DNA of 64,000 nt, from NCBI GenBank assembly GCA_946055075.1, contig CAMGEN010000005.1, forward strand, positions 2,098 through 66,097. The letters are read 5' to 3'. The stretch is from an uncultured Verrucomicrobiota bacterium (lineage in GTDB: Bacteria > Verrucomicrobiota > Kiritimatiellia > RFP12 > UBA1067). The notes below the pieces were generated by a model. It searched no databases and was not told where the DNA came from. It worked only from the letters and a program-made list of their open reading frames with translations. Position numbers and translations under genes: made by a program. Shown here one piece after another: positions 20,358 through 28,880 of this stretch (its first letter is position 1; every line of letters begins with the position of its first letter).

Positions 20358-21074
20358 ATGAACATGAAGAAGACTCTGGTTGCTGTTACGTCCGTGATTG
20401 CGGTTACCGTCGCGCTCGCGGCCCCCAAGAAGGCGCCTAAGGCGATGGCCGGCGCTGACGAGATGACCACCACCGGCAAGGGCGCGAAGATCCTCGTCGA
20501 CCAGGCTCCGAGGATTGGTAGGGCGGCGTGCATGATGGCTCCTTCTCTTCCTGGTGGAACACAGATTGGGCAGTGCTATAAGAAGCCGCGCAATTGGATT
20601 GTCCTGGAGACGAAGTATACTACCTACGGTACGGAGACATCGCGTTTTCTCGATCAGCTGACTTTCACCTGGCACGTGATGCTCGAGACGAAGAGCGCGA
20701 CTGAGAATAAGGGCAATAGGGAAGGTCTCGCCCCCTACAGCTATTTCTCGACCTCGATGACCTACTTCAATATCCCGCAGGGATCGCATGCGTCATCGGT
20801 TGTCCTTCCGCCTTCCTATCTTGAGCGTTACGGTGAGCCTAAGGCGGTCGGATTCACGATTTCCAATCAGAACGGCGATGAGCTATTCTGTGGCTCGGTC
20901 AGCGAAATTCAGGGAATTAAGCCAAACGAGAAGTTCTGGGACAATGACAACATCATGAACGCTTCCGGCAAGGACGGCAAGCCGATGATTGAGCGTCGGC
21001 AGGGTCTTTTGGATCGGTCCAAGACCATCTGGGCGCTTGTGTACCCGAACGACTACGAAACCACTCTTCAGTAA
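20358..21074 (+). CDS. secreted hypothetical protein, first gene of the pilus-like cluster (position equivalent to Akkermansia Amuc_1102)
   Basis: Strong SD (AAGGAGG) 7 nt upstream. N-terminal signal-like MNMKKTLVAVTSVIAVTVALAAP. I recognise no family motif; the call rests on synteny only. Confidence 0.6.
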   Translation: MNMKKTLVAVTSVIAVTVALAAPKKAPKAMAGADEMTTTGKGAKILVDQAPRIGRAACMMAPSLPGGTQIGQCYKKPRNWIVLETKYTTYGTETSRFLDQLTFTWHVMLETKSATENKGNREGLAPYSYFSTSMTYFNIPQGSHASSVVLPPSYLERYGEPKAVGFTISNQNGDELFCGSVSEIQGIKPNEKFWDNDNIMNASGKDGKPMIERRQGLLDRSKTIWALVYPNDYETTLQ

Positions 21075-21083
21075 TCCAAGACT

Positions 21084-22715
21084 ATGGCGAAGAAGATCCT
21101 TACTCTCGATATCGGCGCCGCGAATATCGCGCTTGCCGAATATGAGCTTGGTGCGAAAGGCGCGTTGACGCTTGTCAACTACGGCACTGCTGCGCTCGCC
21201 GCTCCGATTGATACCGGTGATGCCGCGACGATTCTTTCACCTGCGTTGCTGGAGCTTGTGCGGGAGAAGGGTTTCAAGCCTGGAGATGTCGCGGTTTCGG
21301 TTTCGGGACAGATGGTGTTTCCACGCATTGCGGCGATTCCTGCGATCGGCGGAGACGAGAAGTTCGAGCAGAACATCCGTTATGAGATTGAGCAGAACGT
21401 TCCGTTCCCGTTTGACGAGATGGTCTGCGACCGACAGATTCTCGGAGATACTGCGGATGGCGATAAGAGCGTGCTCATTGCTGCCGCCAAGATTGAGCAG
21501 ATCGAGACGATTACCGATGCCGTCGCGTCTGCCGGCTTTCGTCCGCTGCTTGTGGATATCGCTCCATTCGCCACTTTAAGCGCGCTCAAGGCCGCGAGTG
21601 CGGAAAATGATGGATCGGTGATTGTGCTGGATATCGGCGCCAAGACCACTTCGCTGATGATTGTCGAGGGCGAGAAGGTTTACAACCGTTCTATTCCGAT
21701 TGCCGGTAATAACATCACCCGCGAGATTGCACAGTCGTTCGGCATCACCCAGGTGGAGGCCGAGCAACTCAAGAAGGACAAGGGCTATGTCGCGCTTGGC
21801 GGCGTCGTTGAAGACGAAGACGAGGTGGCCGATCGTGTTTCCAAAGTCTGTCGCGCGGTGATGAGCCGGCTTCTCGCGGAAATCTCGCGTTCGGTCAATT
21901 TCTATCGTTCTCAGCAGGGAGGAACGGCGCCGCATCGTCTCTATCTTACCGGTGGTACGGCATTGTTGCCGCAGGCCGACCGCTTCTTCTCTGAGTCGCT
22001 GCAGATCGAAGTTGAGTTTTTCAATCCGTTTGAGTTCGTCGGTGTCGGTGATGCGGTAGATGCTGATGCGTTATCCACAGACGGAGCTCTGCTTTCGCCG
22101 ACCATCGGTCTGGCGCTTCACGCGTCTGGCCAGTCGTTCTTTACGATCAATCTGCTTCCGCCTTCGCTTATCGAAGCAAGGGCGGAGAAGGCCAAGGTCC
22201 CGTATGTGGTCGCGGCAGCCGTTGTGTTTATCGCTGCGCTCGTTGTTGCGCTATTGGCGGTCGGTCGTTCGGCCGACGTGACCGAAGCTGTTCGTGAGGG
22301 GCTTGATGCGAAAGTCATGGGGCTTAAGAACTACGAGAAGAAGATCAAGGCGGCGGACGAGTCCGTTGAGGCCGCCAAGGTCCGTGCGGATGCGTTGAAG
22401 TCGTTGATCGCTTCGCGTTCCGCTCCGGTGGTTCGCCTTAACGCTATCCGCGGTGCGCTTGCTCAGGGGATGTGGATCGAGAAGCTTGACGGCGAACGGA
22501 TCACGATTCGCGGCTGGGTTGATGATTTGGATCGGCTGGTGGAGAAGGATGCCGCTTCCAACGGCAACAAGCGTCGTACCGCGTCGGAAATCGTGGTTGC
22601 GAAGCTCAAGGGTTCCGCTGCCGTCGATGCTTCCGGAGTGAAGATCGCCGATATGTCGACCATTGGCAAGAACGGGGATATTGAGCAGTTCACGGTGGAG
22701 GTGAAGTTCAAATGA
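21084..22715 (+). CDS. pilM: type IV pilus assembly PilM (actin-like ATPase) fused to a PilN-like TM/coiled-coil segment
   Basis: 543 aa. N-terminal ~350 aa resembles PilM/FtsA (LTLDIGAANIALAEY, VLDIGAKTTSLMIVEG, LYLTGGTALLP). Then a hydrophobic helix VPYVVAAAVVFIAALVVALLAVG (~22195-22265) and a coiled-coil tail, as in PilN. Confidence 0.8.
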   Translation: MAKKILTLDIGAANIALAEYELGAKGALTLVNYGTAALAAPIDTGDAATILSPALLELVREKGFKPGDVAVSVSGQMVFPRIAAIPAIGGDEKFEQNIRYEIEQNVPFPFDEMVCDRQILGDTADGDKSVLIAAAKIEQIETITDAVASAGFRPLLVDIAPFATLSALKAASAENDGSVIVLDIGAKTTSLMIVEGEKVYNRSIPIAGNNITREIAQSFGITQVEAEQLKKDKGYVALGGVVEDEDEVADRVSKVCRAVMSRLLAEISRSVNFYRSQQGGTAPHRLYLTGGTALLPQADRFFSESLQIEVEFFNPFEFVGVGDAVDADALSTDGALLSPTIGLALHASGQSFFTINLLPPSLIEARAEKAKVPYVVAAAVVFIAALVVALLAVGRSADVTEAVREGLDAKVMGLKNYEKKIKAADESVEAAKVRADALKSLIASRSAPVVRLNAIRGALAQGMWIEKLDGERITIRGWVDDLDRLVEKDAASNGNKRRTASEIVVAKLKGSAAVDASGVKIADMSTIGKNGDIEQFTVEVKFK

Positions 22716-23668
22716 ACAAGACGAAGATAATCCTGATTTCGATTGGCGGAGTCACGCTTCTCGCTACACTTGTGCTTGCGTATCTCATTTACAGCGCCGT
22801 CTCGGCGAGGGGAGAAAGTAGCGAAGAGCTTGAGTATCTTGAGTCAGAAGCAGGGCGGCTCACGCGAATGAGCGTTTATCCGGGTCCTGAGGCTGTCAAG
22901 GCGACGGACGACAATCGTAAGTCAATTGCTGAGTGGTCGGAGTTGGCCATGGGGCTGGCGTCGTCTGGTGACCAGAAGTTTGAAGACACTACGCCCGCTT
23001 CCTTCAAGGCGTTTATCAACGATGAGGCAAAGCGTTACGCCGTGTTGCCGGGATCGGCGGACGGACATTTCGTCAAGGGTGATTTCGGCTTCGGATTTGA
23101 CGAATACATCCACAAGGGCAAACTTCCTGCCGCGGCGGACCTTCCGCGCCTGCAGCGCGAGTGGAATGACATTTCGGTTTTCCTCGGTATCCTCATTGAC
23201 GCGAAGGCGTCGTCCGTCTCCGAGCTTCAGCTCGTGAAGGAGGTTAAGGAGGAGGAGCCGCGCCGCGGTAAGCGCAAGCGTCAGCAGAAGAAGTCGGATG
23301 ACGAAGCCAAGCCTGATATTACCCGTTTCAACATCGTCTTCACCGCGAGTCCTGATGCGCTGGTGAAGATCTTTAACGATATCGCCGGAAACGCGCGATT
23401 CGTGGTCGCCGAGGAGTATTCTTTCCTTCGTTCGCCTGATGAACTCGCCGACAGGCTCGGAGATAGGACCGCGAAGAAGCCTGAGGCCGGTGGACGTCAC
23501 CGTCGTCGTGCGGTAACCATCCAGGATGAAGAGACGGACGACACTAAGTCGACCGGCGTCGTCACCGATCCCGCCACGATCGCAGATTTCAAGGTAAGCA
23601 TGAAGGTTGCGGTTTATGATTTCCGCACCAAGGCCAAACCGCAGCTCGAGAAGGAGGAACAGGAATGA
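22712..23668 (+). CDS. pilus-cluster membrane-anchored protein, PilO-position / Amuc_1100-like
   Basis: 318 aa. N-terminal TM (IILISIGGVTLLATLVLAYLIY), a charged K/R/E-rich central linker and a conserved-looking C-terminal beta segment. ATGA overlaps on both sides. Size and gene position match the Akkermansia Amuc_1100 locus as I recall it. Confidence 0.6.
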   Translation: MNKTKIILISIGGVTLLATLVLAYLIYSAVSARGESSEELEYLESEAGRLTRMSVYPGPEAVKATDDNRKSIAEWSELAMGLASSGDQKFEDTTPASFKAFINDEAKRYAVLPGSADGHFVKGDFGFGFDEYIHKGKLPAAADLPRLQREWNDISVFLGILIDAKASSVSELQLVKEVKEEEPRRGKRKRQQKKSDDEAKPDITRFNIVFTASPDALVKIFNDIAGNARFVVAEEYSFLRSPDELADRLGDRTAKKPEAGGRHRRRAVTIQDEETDDTKSTGVVTDPATIADFKVSMKVAVYDFRTKAKPQLEKEEQE

Positions 23669-24786
23669 TCGCCTCTGCCAACAATAAGAACTTCATCGTC
23701 GCGCATTATGAATGGCTCGCTCTCGGAGTCGCGGTCGCCACGTTGATTGCCGCGGTAATATATGCAGTAGGGGCCTTCGGGGAGGATCCGGATGAGGCTT
23801 CAACCGACGTTGTCGCACGTTTCCGTCGTCCCGCGTCTCAGAACGGTGATGTCGGTGTTAAACCGGTGGATCTTTCCGATTACGAGCGCACTTCCGCTTT
23901 GCTGGACCCCAAGAAGGTTCCGCATGTTTCAGACATCTCGACCAAGGACGGCAGCTTCCTTGCCAGTGCTGCGCGCGTGTTTTGCGAACACTGCCGTCGT
24001 CCCATGCCGTTCCGCGCCGAAATTTGCCCTTTCTGTAAGCAGGCCCCTAAGGTCAAGGAACTGCCGGTGGTTGTTGTTGATGCAGATGGTGACGGAATGA
24101 CGGACGAATGGGAGAAGAAGTACGGGCTTAATCCCGCGGACGCTGCGGATGCTGTGTTGGATAAAGATGGTGACGGGTTCACGAATCTCGAGGAGTTCAT
24201 GGCGAAGACAGATCCAACGAATCGGAACGATCATCCTGATTATCTTGATTCGCTTTCGATCGTGCTGCCGCTTGTGGAGACGAAACTTCCGTTTGTCTTT
24301 GAGAAGGTGTTGAAAATTCCGGCCGGATATCGTTTTTATTTCAAGGATCCGCTCGCAAAGAACGACTACGGTCAACGTGGTCTTCAGTATGCCCCCGTCG
24401 CCGGTGAGGATATCGGCAAGACTGGGTATGTCGTTGTTTCGTATAATGAGAAGTTCGAGAAGCGTAAGATCAAATCCGTTGGAAGTGAGAAGGCCCTTGA
24501 AAAGACGGTTGATGTCTCTACTGCGACGATCGAGCGCAAAAGCGACAAACGGCGTTTCGATCTGCTGGTCGGCAATCGCAAGCATATAGCGGTAGATGTC
24601 CAGGCAAAGCTGATGTATTCGCGCGGTGAGATAAAGGAAATGAAAGTCATTGCCGGCGACACCATCGATCTCAATGGGAGCAAATACGAAGTCAAGTCTG
24701 TGGAACGCGTTGGCAATGGAGCGAAAGTCACCCTTGCCGACAAGATCCTTGGAAAAATTCGCGTGCTGGAAGCCCTTGAACAGTAA
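23665..24786 (+). CDS. pilus-cluster protein with N-terminal TM, CxxC...CxxC zinc ribbon and two TSP3-like Ca-binding repeats
   Basis: 373 aa. TM YEWLALGVAVATLIAAVIYAVGAF; zinc ribbon FCEHCRRPMPFRAEICPFCKQ; TSP3-like DADGDGMTDEWEKKYGLNP...DKDGDGFTNLEEF. The start overlaps the upstream gene's stop (ATGA). Confidence 0.65.
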   Translation: MIASANNKNFIVAHYEWLALGVAVATLIAAVIYAVGAFGEDPDEASTDVVARFRRPASQNGDVGVKPVDLSDYERTSALLDPKKVPHVSDISTKDGSFLASAARVFCEHCRRPMPFRAEICPFCKQAPKVKELPVVVVDADGDGMTDEWEKKYGLNPADAADAVLDKDGDGFTNLEEFMAKTDPTNRNDHPDYLDSLSIVLPLVETKLPFVFEKVLKIPAGYRFYFKDPLAKNDYGQRGLQYAPVAGEDIGKTGYVVVSYNEKFEKRKIKSVGSEKALEKTVDVSTATIERKSDKRRFDLLVGNRKHIAVDVQAKLMYSRGEIKEMKVIAGDTIDLNGSKYEVKSVERVGNGAKVTLADKILGKIRVLEALEQ

Positions 24787-24795
24787 ACTGAATTT

Positions 24796-24804
24796 CGGTA
24801 TAAT
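24796..24804 (+). promoter_or_regulatory. putative sigma-70 -10 box (CGGTATAAT) upstream of the secretin gene
   Basis: Perfect TATAAT at 24799-24804 in the 46-nt gap before ATG-24833. Confidence 0.45.
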
Positions 24805-24832
24805 ATCGCAATAAATGGGAGAGGTGTTCGAT

Positions 24833-27800
24833 ATGACGAACTTGAAGAAGCTGACCGCTTGTGGAGCGGCCTTGGCGCTCGTTGCCGTTGGATCACTGGC
24901 GTTCGCGCAGGACGATCTTGACGATATGTTGAAGGATCTCGAAGGAGAGATCGGAGCCGAGGAAGCGACCACCGCCGAGGCGAAGGCCGAAGAGCCTAAA
25001 CCCGCAGAGGAGAAGGCTGAGGAAGCCGCTCCCGCAGAAGAGGCGGCCGAGGAAACTGCTCTCGCAGAAGAGAAGGCTGAGGAAGCCGCTCCTGCTGAAG
25101 AGGCGGCCGAGGAGGCTGCTCCCGTAGAGGAGAAGGCTGAGGAAGCCGCTCCTGCTGAAGAGGCGGCCGAGGAAACTGCTCCCGTAGAGGAGAAGGCCGC
25201 GGGAAACGCTCCTGCTGAAGAGGTCGCACCCGCCGCTGAGGCGAAGATTTCCAACACGGATGTTGATAATGCGTTAACCCTTCTGGATGAGTTGGATGCC
25301 GAGACAAGGGATGAAGAGTCCGCCCAGGCCAGTGCTTCAACGAATGCCGAAGCACCTGTGGCTGCCGTTGACGCTCCTGTCGCTGACGCTTCTGTCGAGA
25401 GCGCTCCTGCCGTTGTCGCGCCAGTTGCCGCAAAGCCGCTATCTCCCGATGCTGAGCTTATTGCTAATATCCGTGCGACCGAGACTTTGCGCCGTCAGGC
25501 TTTTGACGAGCAGGCGAAACGTGAGATCGGAGAAGCCCGCGCTGCGATGGCTGAAATGGAATATAGTGAGGCCGCGCGTCATTATGGTATCGCGCTTAAG
25601 TTGTTAAATGACAGTCCCGCGACCAAGAAGCATCGTCGCGAGTGTGAGCAGGGTGTTGCTGAAGGGCTTTATCGTGCAGCCATTCAGGAGGATCGCACGG
25701 GTCGTCGTGATCGGGCGATCAAGCTGATGGAGAAGGCGATAGACATGCGGCACCCTAAGGCCCGCAAGCAGTTAGAGTTTTGGTTGGCTGATAAGCAGCG
25801 CGGTGAGGAGAAGCTTGATCTGTCTCAGATCACTCATCGCAAGAACGAGGAAGATTTCAAGGCGCAGCGTAAGGCCGATCAGAAGCTTCTCCGAAGGGCG
25901 CGTCAGCTTTTGGCCGTCCGTGACATTGAAGCGGCTCTTGAGCAGTGCGAGATTGTGCTGGCTGCTGAGCCCTATAATCAGGAGGCGATTCGTCTGCGCG
26001 GGCAGATCATCAAGAAGCAGAAGATTATTCTCGATCAGGAACATACAGTCGCTCGTGACGGGATGATTGCCGAAGTAGGCAAGAAGTGGCGTCCCGTTTA
26101 TGCTCCCAACGCTAAGAAACTTGGCGAAGTCGTGACTGAGACCAGGAAGAAGCCGCTGGGTGACGATCCCGAGCGTTCGGAGGAGCAGAAGATCATCAAT
26201 CGCATGAAGGCTATGCGTCTTCCGACAATTTCCTTTAAGCCGCCGGCAACCATTATCGATGCGGTTGAGTTCTTCCGTGGCGCTTCAAAGGATTACGATA
26301 ATCCAGAGATCCCGCTTGAGAAGCGCGGCTTCAACTTCGTGCTCAAGACACCGGATACACTGGTGTCCAACGCCATGTCCGATGATGACGGAGACGATGG
26401 TTTTACCCAGACTGCCGAGGATGAGGCTGCCAGCAGTGGACAGGTAGGCGTACCTGTGATTCCGATGATTACCGCTAGCGATGTATCCTTCTATGAGGCG
26501 CTGAAGCTGGTTTGCGATTCGGTGAAATACAAGTTCAAGGTTCAGGGTAAGATCGTTATGGTCATGCAGAAAGACATGACTACTGACGAGATGGTCACTC
26601 GCTCCTATCCGGTGCTCGGATCGTTCATTGAACGTATGGGATCTGCTTCGTCTGATATCAAGGAAATGCGGCAGGCCGGTTTTGGCGGCGCAGTTGCGAA
26701 GAATGACGAGGGCGAGGAGAATCAGGAGAAGGACTGGAAGGCGTTCTTTGAGATGATGGGTGTGCAGTGGCCCGAGGGTTCGACGATCATGTACATCAAG
26801 ACGATCGGCAAGCTTCGTGTCAAGAACACTTATGACAACCTCGCCGAACTCGAGAAGGCACTCACTGAACTCAACGTCGACCAGAAGCTGGTCGAGATTG
26901 AGGCCCGCTTCGTCGAAGTCTGTCAGGAAGACCTCAACTCCCTCGGCTTCGAGTGGATTCTTAACAGTGATTACGCTATCGGCTCCCGCGCGCTCGCCAG
27001 CTGGGCTGGTCTGAAGGAGGGAGCATTCGCTGTTACTCAGACCCAGACCTCCACGCCCAGCTCAAGCTCCTCGATGTCTCAGGACTATATTAATGTGGGC
27101 GGCGTCTGGACCCAGAATGGCTCCCCGACATCGACTTCCGGCAAGACGATCAGCACGTCTAATTCCAGCGCTCAGTGGCGCAAACAGCCTGGCTCAGGCA
27201 AGGTCCTCGGCGTTAACGCCATGGGAGGTACTGATGCAAGCTATGGTAACGGTAATCGTTACCTGTCCACCAAGGGCAACCATATCTCCGGTGAGGGCGC
27301 TTCTAACAATGACCAGTTCATGCGGGTGAATGCGTTCCTCGGTTCCGCGGACCTCTCGATGATTCTTCATATGCTCTCGCAGCGTAGCGACACCGATCTT
27401 CTCTCTGCTCCGAAGGTGCTCACCAAGCCGGGCGAAGAAGCCGTCATCAAGGTCGTCACCGAGTATATTTATCCGACGGACTACGACGTTCAGCTTCAAT
27501 CTTCTGGTGGTTCGTCCTCCGGCGGCAGTTCGTCCTCCGGCGGCAGTTCCATGATTCTCGCGGTTGTTGAGCCGCAATCCTTCACCATGCGCGAGGTCGG
27601 TGTCATCCTTGATGTAACTCCTACGCTTACTGACGACGGCAATCTTATCGATCTTAAGCTCAATACGCAGGTCGTTGACGAACCGACTTGGAAGAACTAT
27701 GGTATGAAGATTCCGTTCTCAGGAAACACCTCGATGAACAGCTTTCAGGGTATCGGTGATATCTTTACAGGCTTGGGACAGGTGTTGGCAACTATCGGCA

Positions 27801-28225
27801 CTGGTCTCAGCCCTGATCTGAAGAATGCTTTTGCTGAGCGCGCCGTCGCCTCCGCCAGCCAGGCGATGGACAATCTCTCGAGTTCGCAGAACAAGAACAT
27901 CGAGTATTATGATGCGCCGATGGAGCAGCCGTTCTTCCACGTTCGCTCGATTGACTCGTCCGTCTCTATCAATCCCGGCTCGACGATCGTCATGGGCGGC
28001 CTCATCACCGAAGAGCGCAAGGCGATGGATGACAAGGTGCCGTTCCTCGGGGACATTCCGTTGATCGGCCGCCTCTTCCGTAGCCATTCGGAATGGACCA
28101 ATAAGCGCAACCTCCTTATCTTTGTGACCACCCGACTCGTTGACGTTCGCGGTCGTGAAGTAACTCTTGGATCCGCGGCGGATACCGAATCGGTGGAGAC
28201 CAAGGCCCAGCCGAACGCTGAATAA
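24833..28225 (+). CDS. type II/III secretion system secretin (PilQ/GspD family) with acidic tandem-repeat and TPR-like N-terminal region
   Basis: C-terminal secretin signature (LSAPKVLTKPGEEAVIKV..., VGVILDVTPTL, VPFLGDIPLIGRLFRS...NLLIFVTTRLV). Signal peptide MTNLKKLTACGAALALVAVGSLAFA follows ATG-24833, which has a GGGAGAGG SD 8 nt upstream. The ORF-track start at 24815 is also possible. Confidence 0.88.
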   Translation: MTNLKKLTACGAALALVAVGSLAFAQDDLDDMLKDLEGEIGAEEATTAEAKAEEPKPAEEKAEEAAPAEEAAEETALAEEKAEEAAPAEEAAEEAAPVEEKAEEAAPAEEAAEETAPVEEKAAGNAPAEEVAPAAEAKISNTDVDNALTLLDELDAETRDEESAQASASTNAEAPVAAVDAPVADASVESAPAVVAPVAAKPLSPDAELIANIRATETLRRQAFDEQAKREIGEARAAMAEMEYSEAARHYGIALKLLNDSPATKKHRRECEQGVAEGLYRAAIQEDRTGRRDRAIKLMEKAIDMRHPKARKQLEFWLADKQRGEEKLDLSQITHRKNEEDFKAQRKADQKLLRRARQLLAVRDIEAALEQCEIVLAAEPYNQEAIRLRGQIIKKQKIILDQEHTVARDGMIAEVGKKWRPVYAPNAKKLGEVVTETRKKPLGDDPERSEEQKIINRMKAMRLPTISFKPPATIIDAVEFFRGASKDYDNPEIPLEKRGFNFVLKTPDTLVSNAMSDDDGDDGFTQTAEDEAASSGQVGVPVIPMITASDVSFYEALKLVCDSVKYKFKVQGKIVMVMQKDMTTDEMVTRSYPVLGSFIERMGSASSDIKEMRQAGFGGAVAKNDEGEENQEKDWKAFFEMMGVQWPEGSTIMYIKTIGKLRVKNTYDNLAELEKALTELNVDQKLVEIEARFVEVCQEDLNSLGFEWILNSDYAIGSRALASWAGLKEGAFAVTQTQTSTPSSSSSMSQDYINVGGVWTQNGSPTSTSGKTISTSNSSAQWRKQPGSGKVLGVNAMGGTDASYGNGNRYLSTKGNHISGEGASNNDQFMRVNAFLGSADLSMILHMLSQRSDTDLLSAPKVLTKPGEEAVIKVVTEYIYPTDYDVQLQSSGGSSSGGSSSSGGSSMILAVVEPQSFTMREVGVILDVTPTLTDDGNLIDLKLNTQVVDEPTWKNYGMKIPFSGNTSMNSFQGIGDIFTGLGQVLATIGTGLSPDLKNAFAERAVASASQAMDNLSSSQNKNIEYYDAPMEQPFFHVRSIDSSVSINPGSTIVMGGLITEERKAMDDKVPFLGDIPLIGRLFRSHSEWTNKRNLLIFVTTRLVDVRGREVTLGSAADTESVETKAQPNAE
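25004..25222 (+). repeat. 60-nt (20-aa) tandem repeat x ~3.6 in the secretin gene (AEEKAEEAAPAEEAAEETAL)
   Basis: Exact 60-nt periodicity: GGAAGCCGCT recurs at 25021, 25081 and 25141, with GGGAAACGCT at 25201. Confidence 0.9.
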
Positions 28226-28262
28226 TCATCGGCGTTTGGCGTCTGCTGGAATTTCTAATTTT

Positions 28263-28799
28263 ATGAAGCGTATCGCCCTTACCGGCGGTATCGCGTGCGG
28301 GAAGTCCCTCGTCGCGAAGTACCTGAATAATTTCGGCGTCGAAACCATCGACGCCGATGATGTCGTTCATGGTCTCCTTCCTGATCCTGTTGAACGCAAG
28401 CGGATCGCAGCCGAGGTTTTTTCTGATCCTGAGAAACGTCGTGCCCTCGAATCGCGTCTCCATCCCCTCGTCAAATCAAAGATTGACGAATTCCTTTCTT
28501 CGACTTCGCGCTTCAACTCTCTCCGCCTCGCCATCATCCCACTTCTTTTCGAGATCCATTGGGAGTCGAATTTTGATATAATATGTTGCGTCAGCAGTTC
28601 TAGGAAGAATCAGATCGACCGGATGTTGACGACCCGCGGCTATTCTCTTGAAGAGGCAGAAGCGCGATTATTGGCGCAGATGACCGTTGAAGAGAAGGCC
28701 GCTCGTTCCCACTATGTGATTAATAACAACGGCTCTGCAGAGGAGCTGAAACTCGAAGTAGAAAAATTCGTTAACTGGCTGAAGGAAAATAAGGTGTAG
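28263..28799 (+). CDS. coaE: dephospho-CoA kinase
   Basis: MKRIALTGGIACGKS P-loop at the N-terminus, typical of CoaE, with appropriate length. The ORF-track start at 28167 would overlap the secretin and add a non-homologous Arg/Pro-rich extension. Confidence 0.85.
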   Translation: MKRIALTGGIACGKSLVAKYLNNFGVETIDADDVVHGLLPDPVERKRIAAEVFSDPEKRRALESRLHPLVKSKIDEFLSSTSRFNSLRLAIIPLLFEIHWESNFDIICCVSSSRKNQIDRMLTTRGYSLEEAEARLLAQMTVEEKAARSHYVINNNGSAEELKLEVEKFVNWLKENKV

Positions 28800-28850
28800 A
28801 GCGAAGGTGTGAATCTACTGAGGATGTCAAATCCTGTATTCCATTGTCCG

Positions 28851-28870
28851 CCTACACATAAAACCTACAC
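28851..28870 (+). repeat. direct repeat CCTACAC-N6-CCTACAC in the rho leader
   Basis: Copies at 28851-57 and 28864-70 in a G-poor stretch ending at ATG-28881. Confidence 0.55.
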
Positions 28871-28880
28871 CTGATCTATT

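Noticed and set aside
25004-25222. Tandem repeats considered as a CRISPR array (also 62954..63322 and 62758..62807)
   Set aside because: The units are directly adjacent with no unique spacers. Two of the arrays are in frame within well-supported ORFs, and no cas genes are present.
28167-28262. Upstream extension of the coaE ORF
   Set aside because: It overlaps the secretin 3' end and adds a non-homologous Arg/Pro-rich peptide. The canonical CoaE N-terminus (MKRIALTGGIACGKS) begins at ATG-28263.
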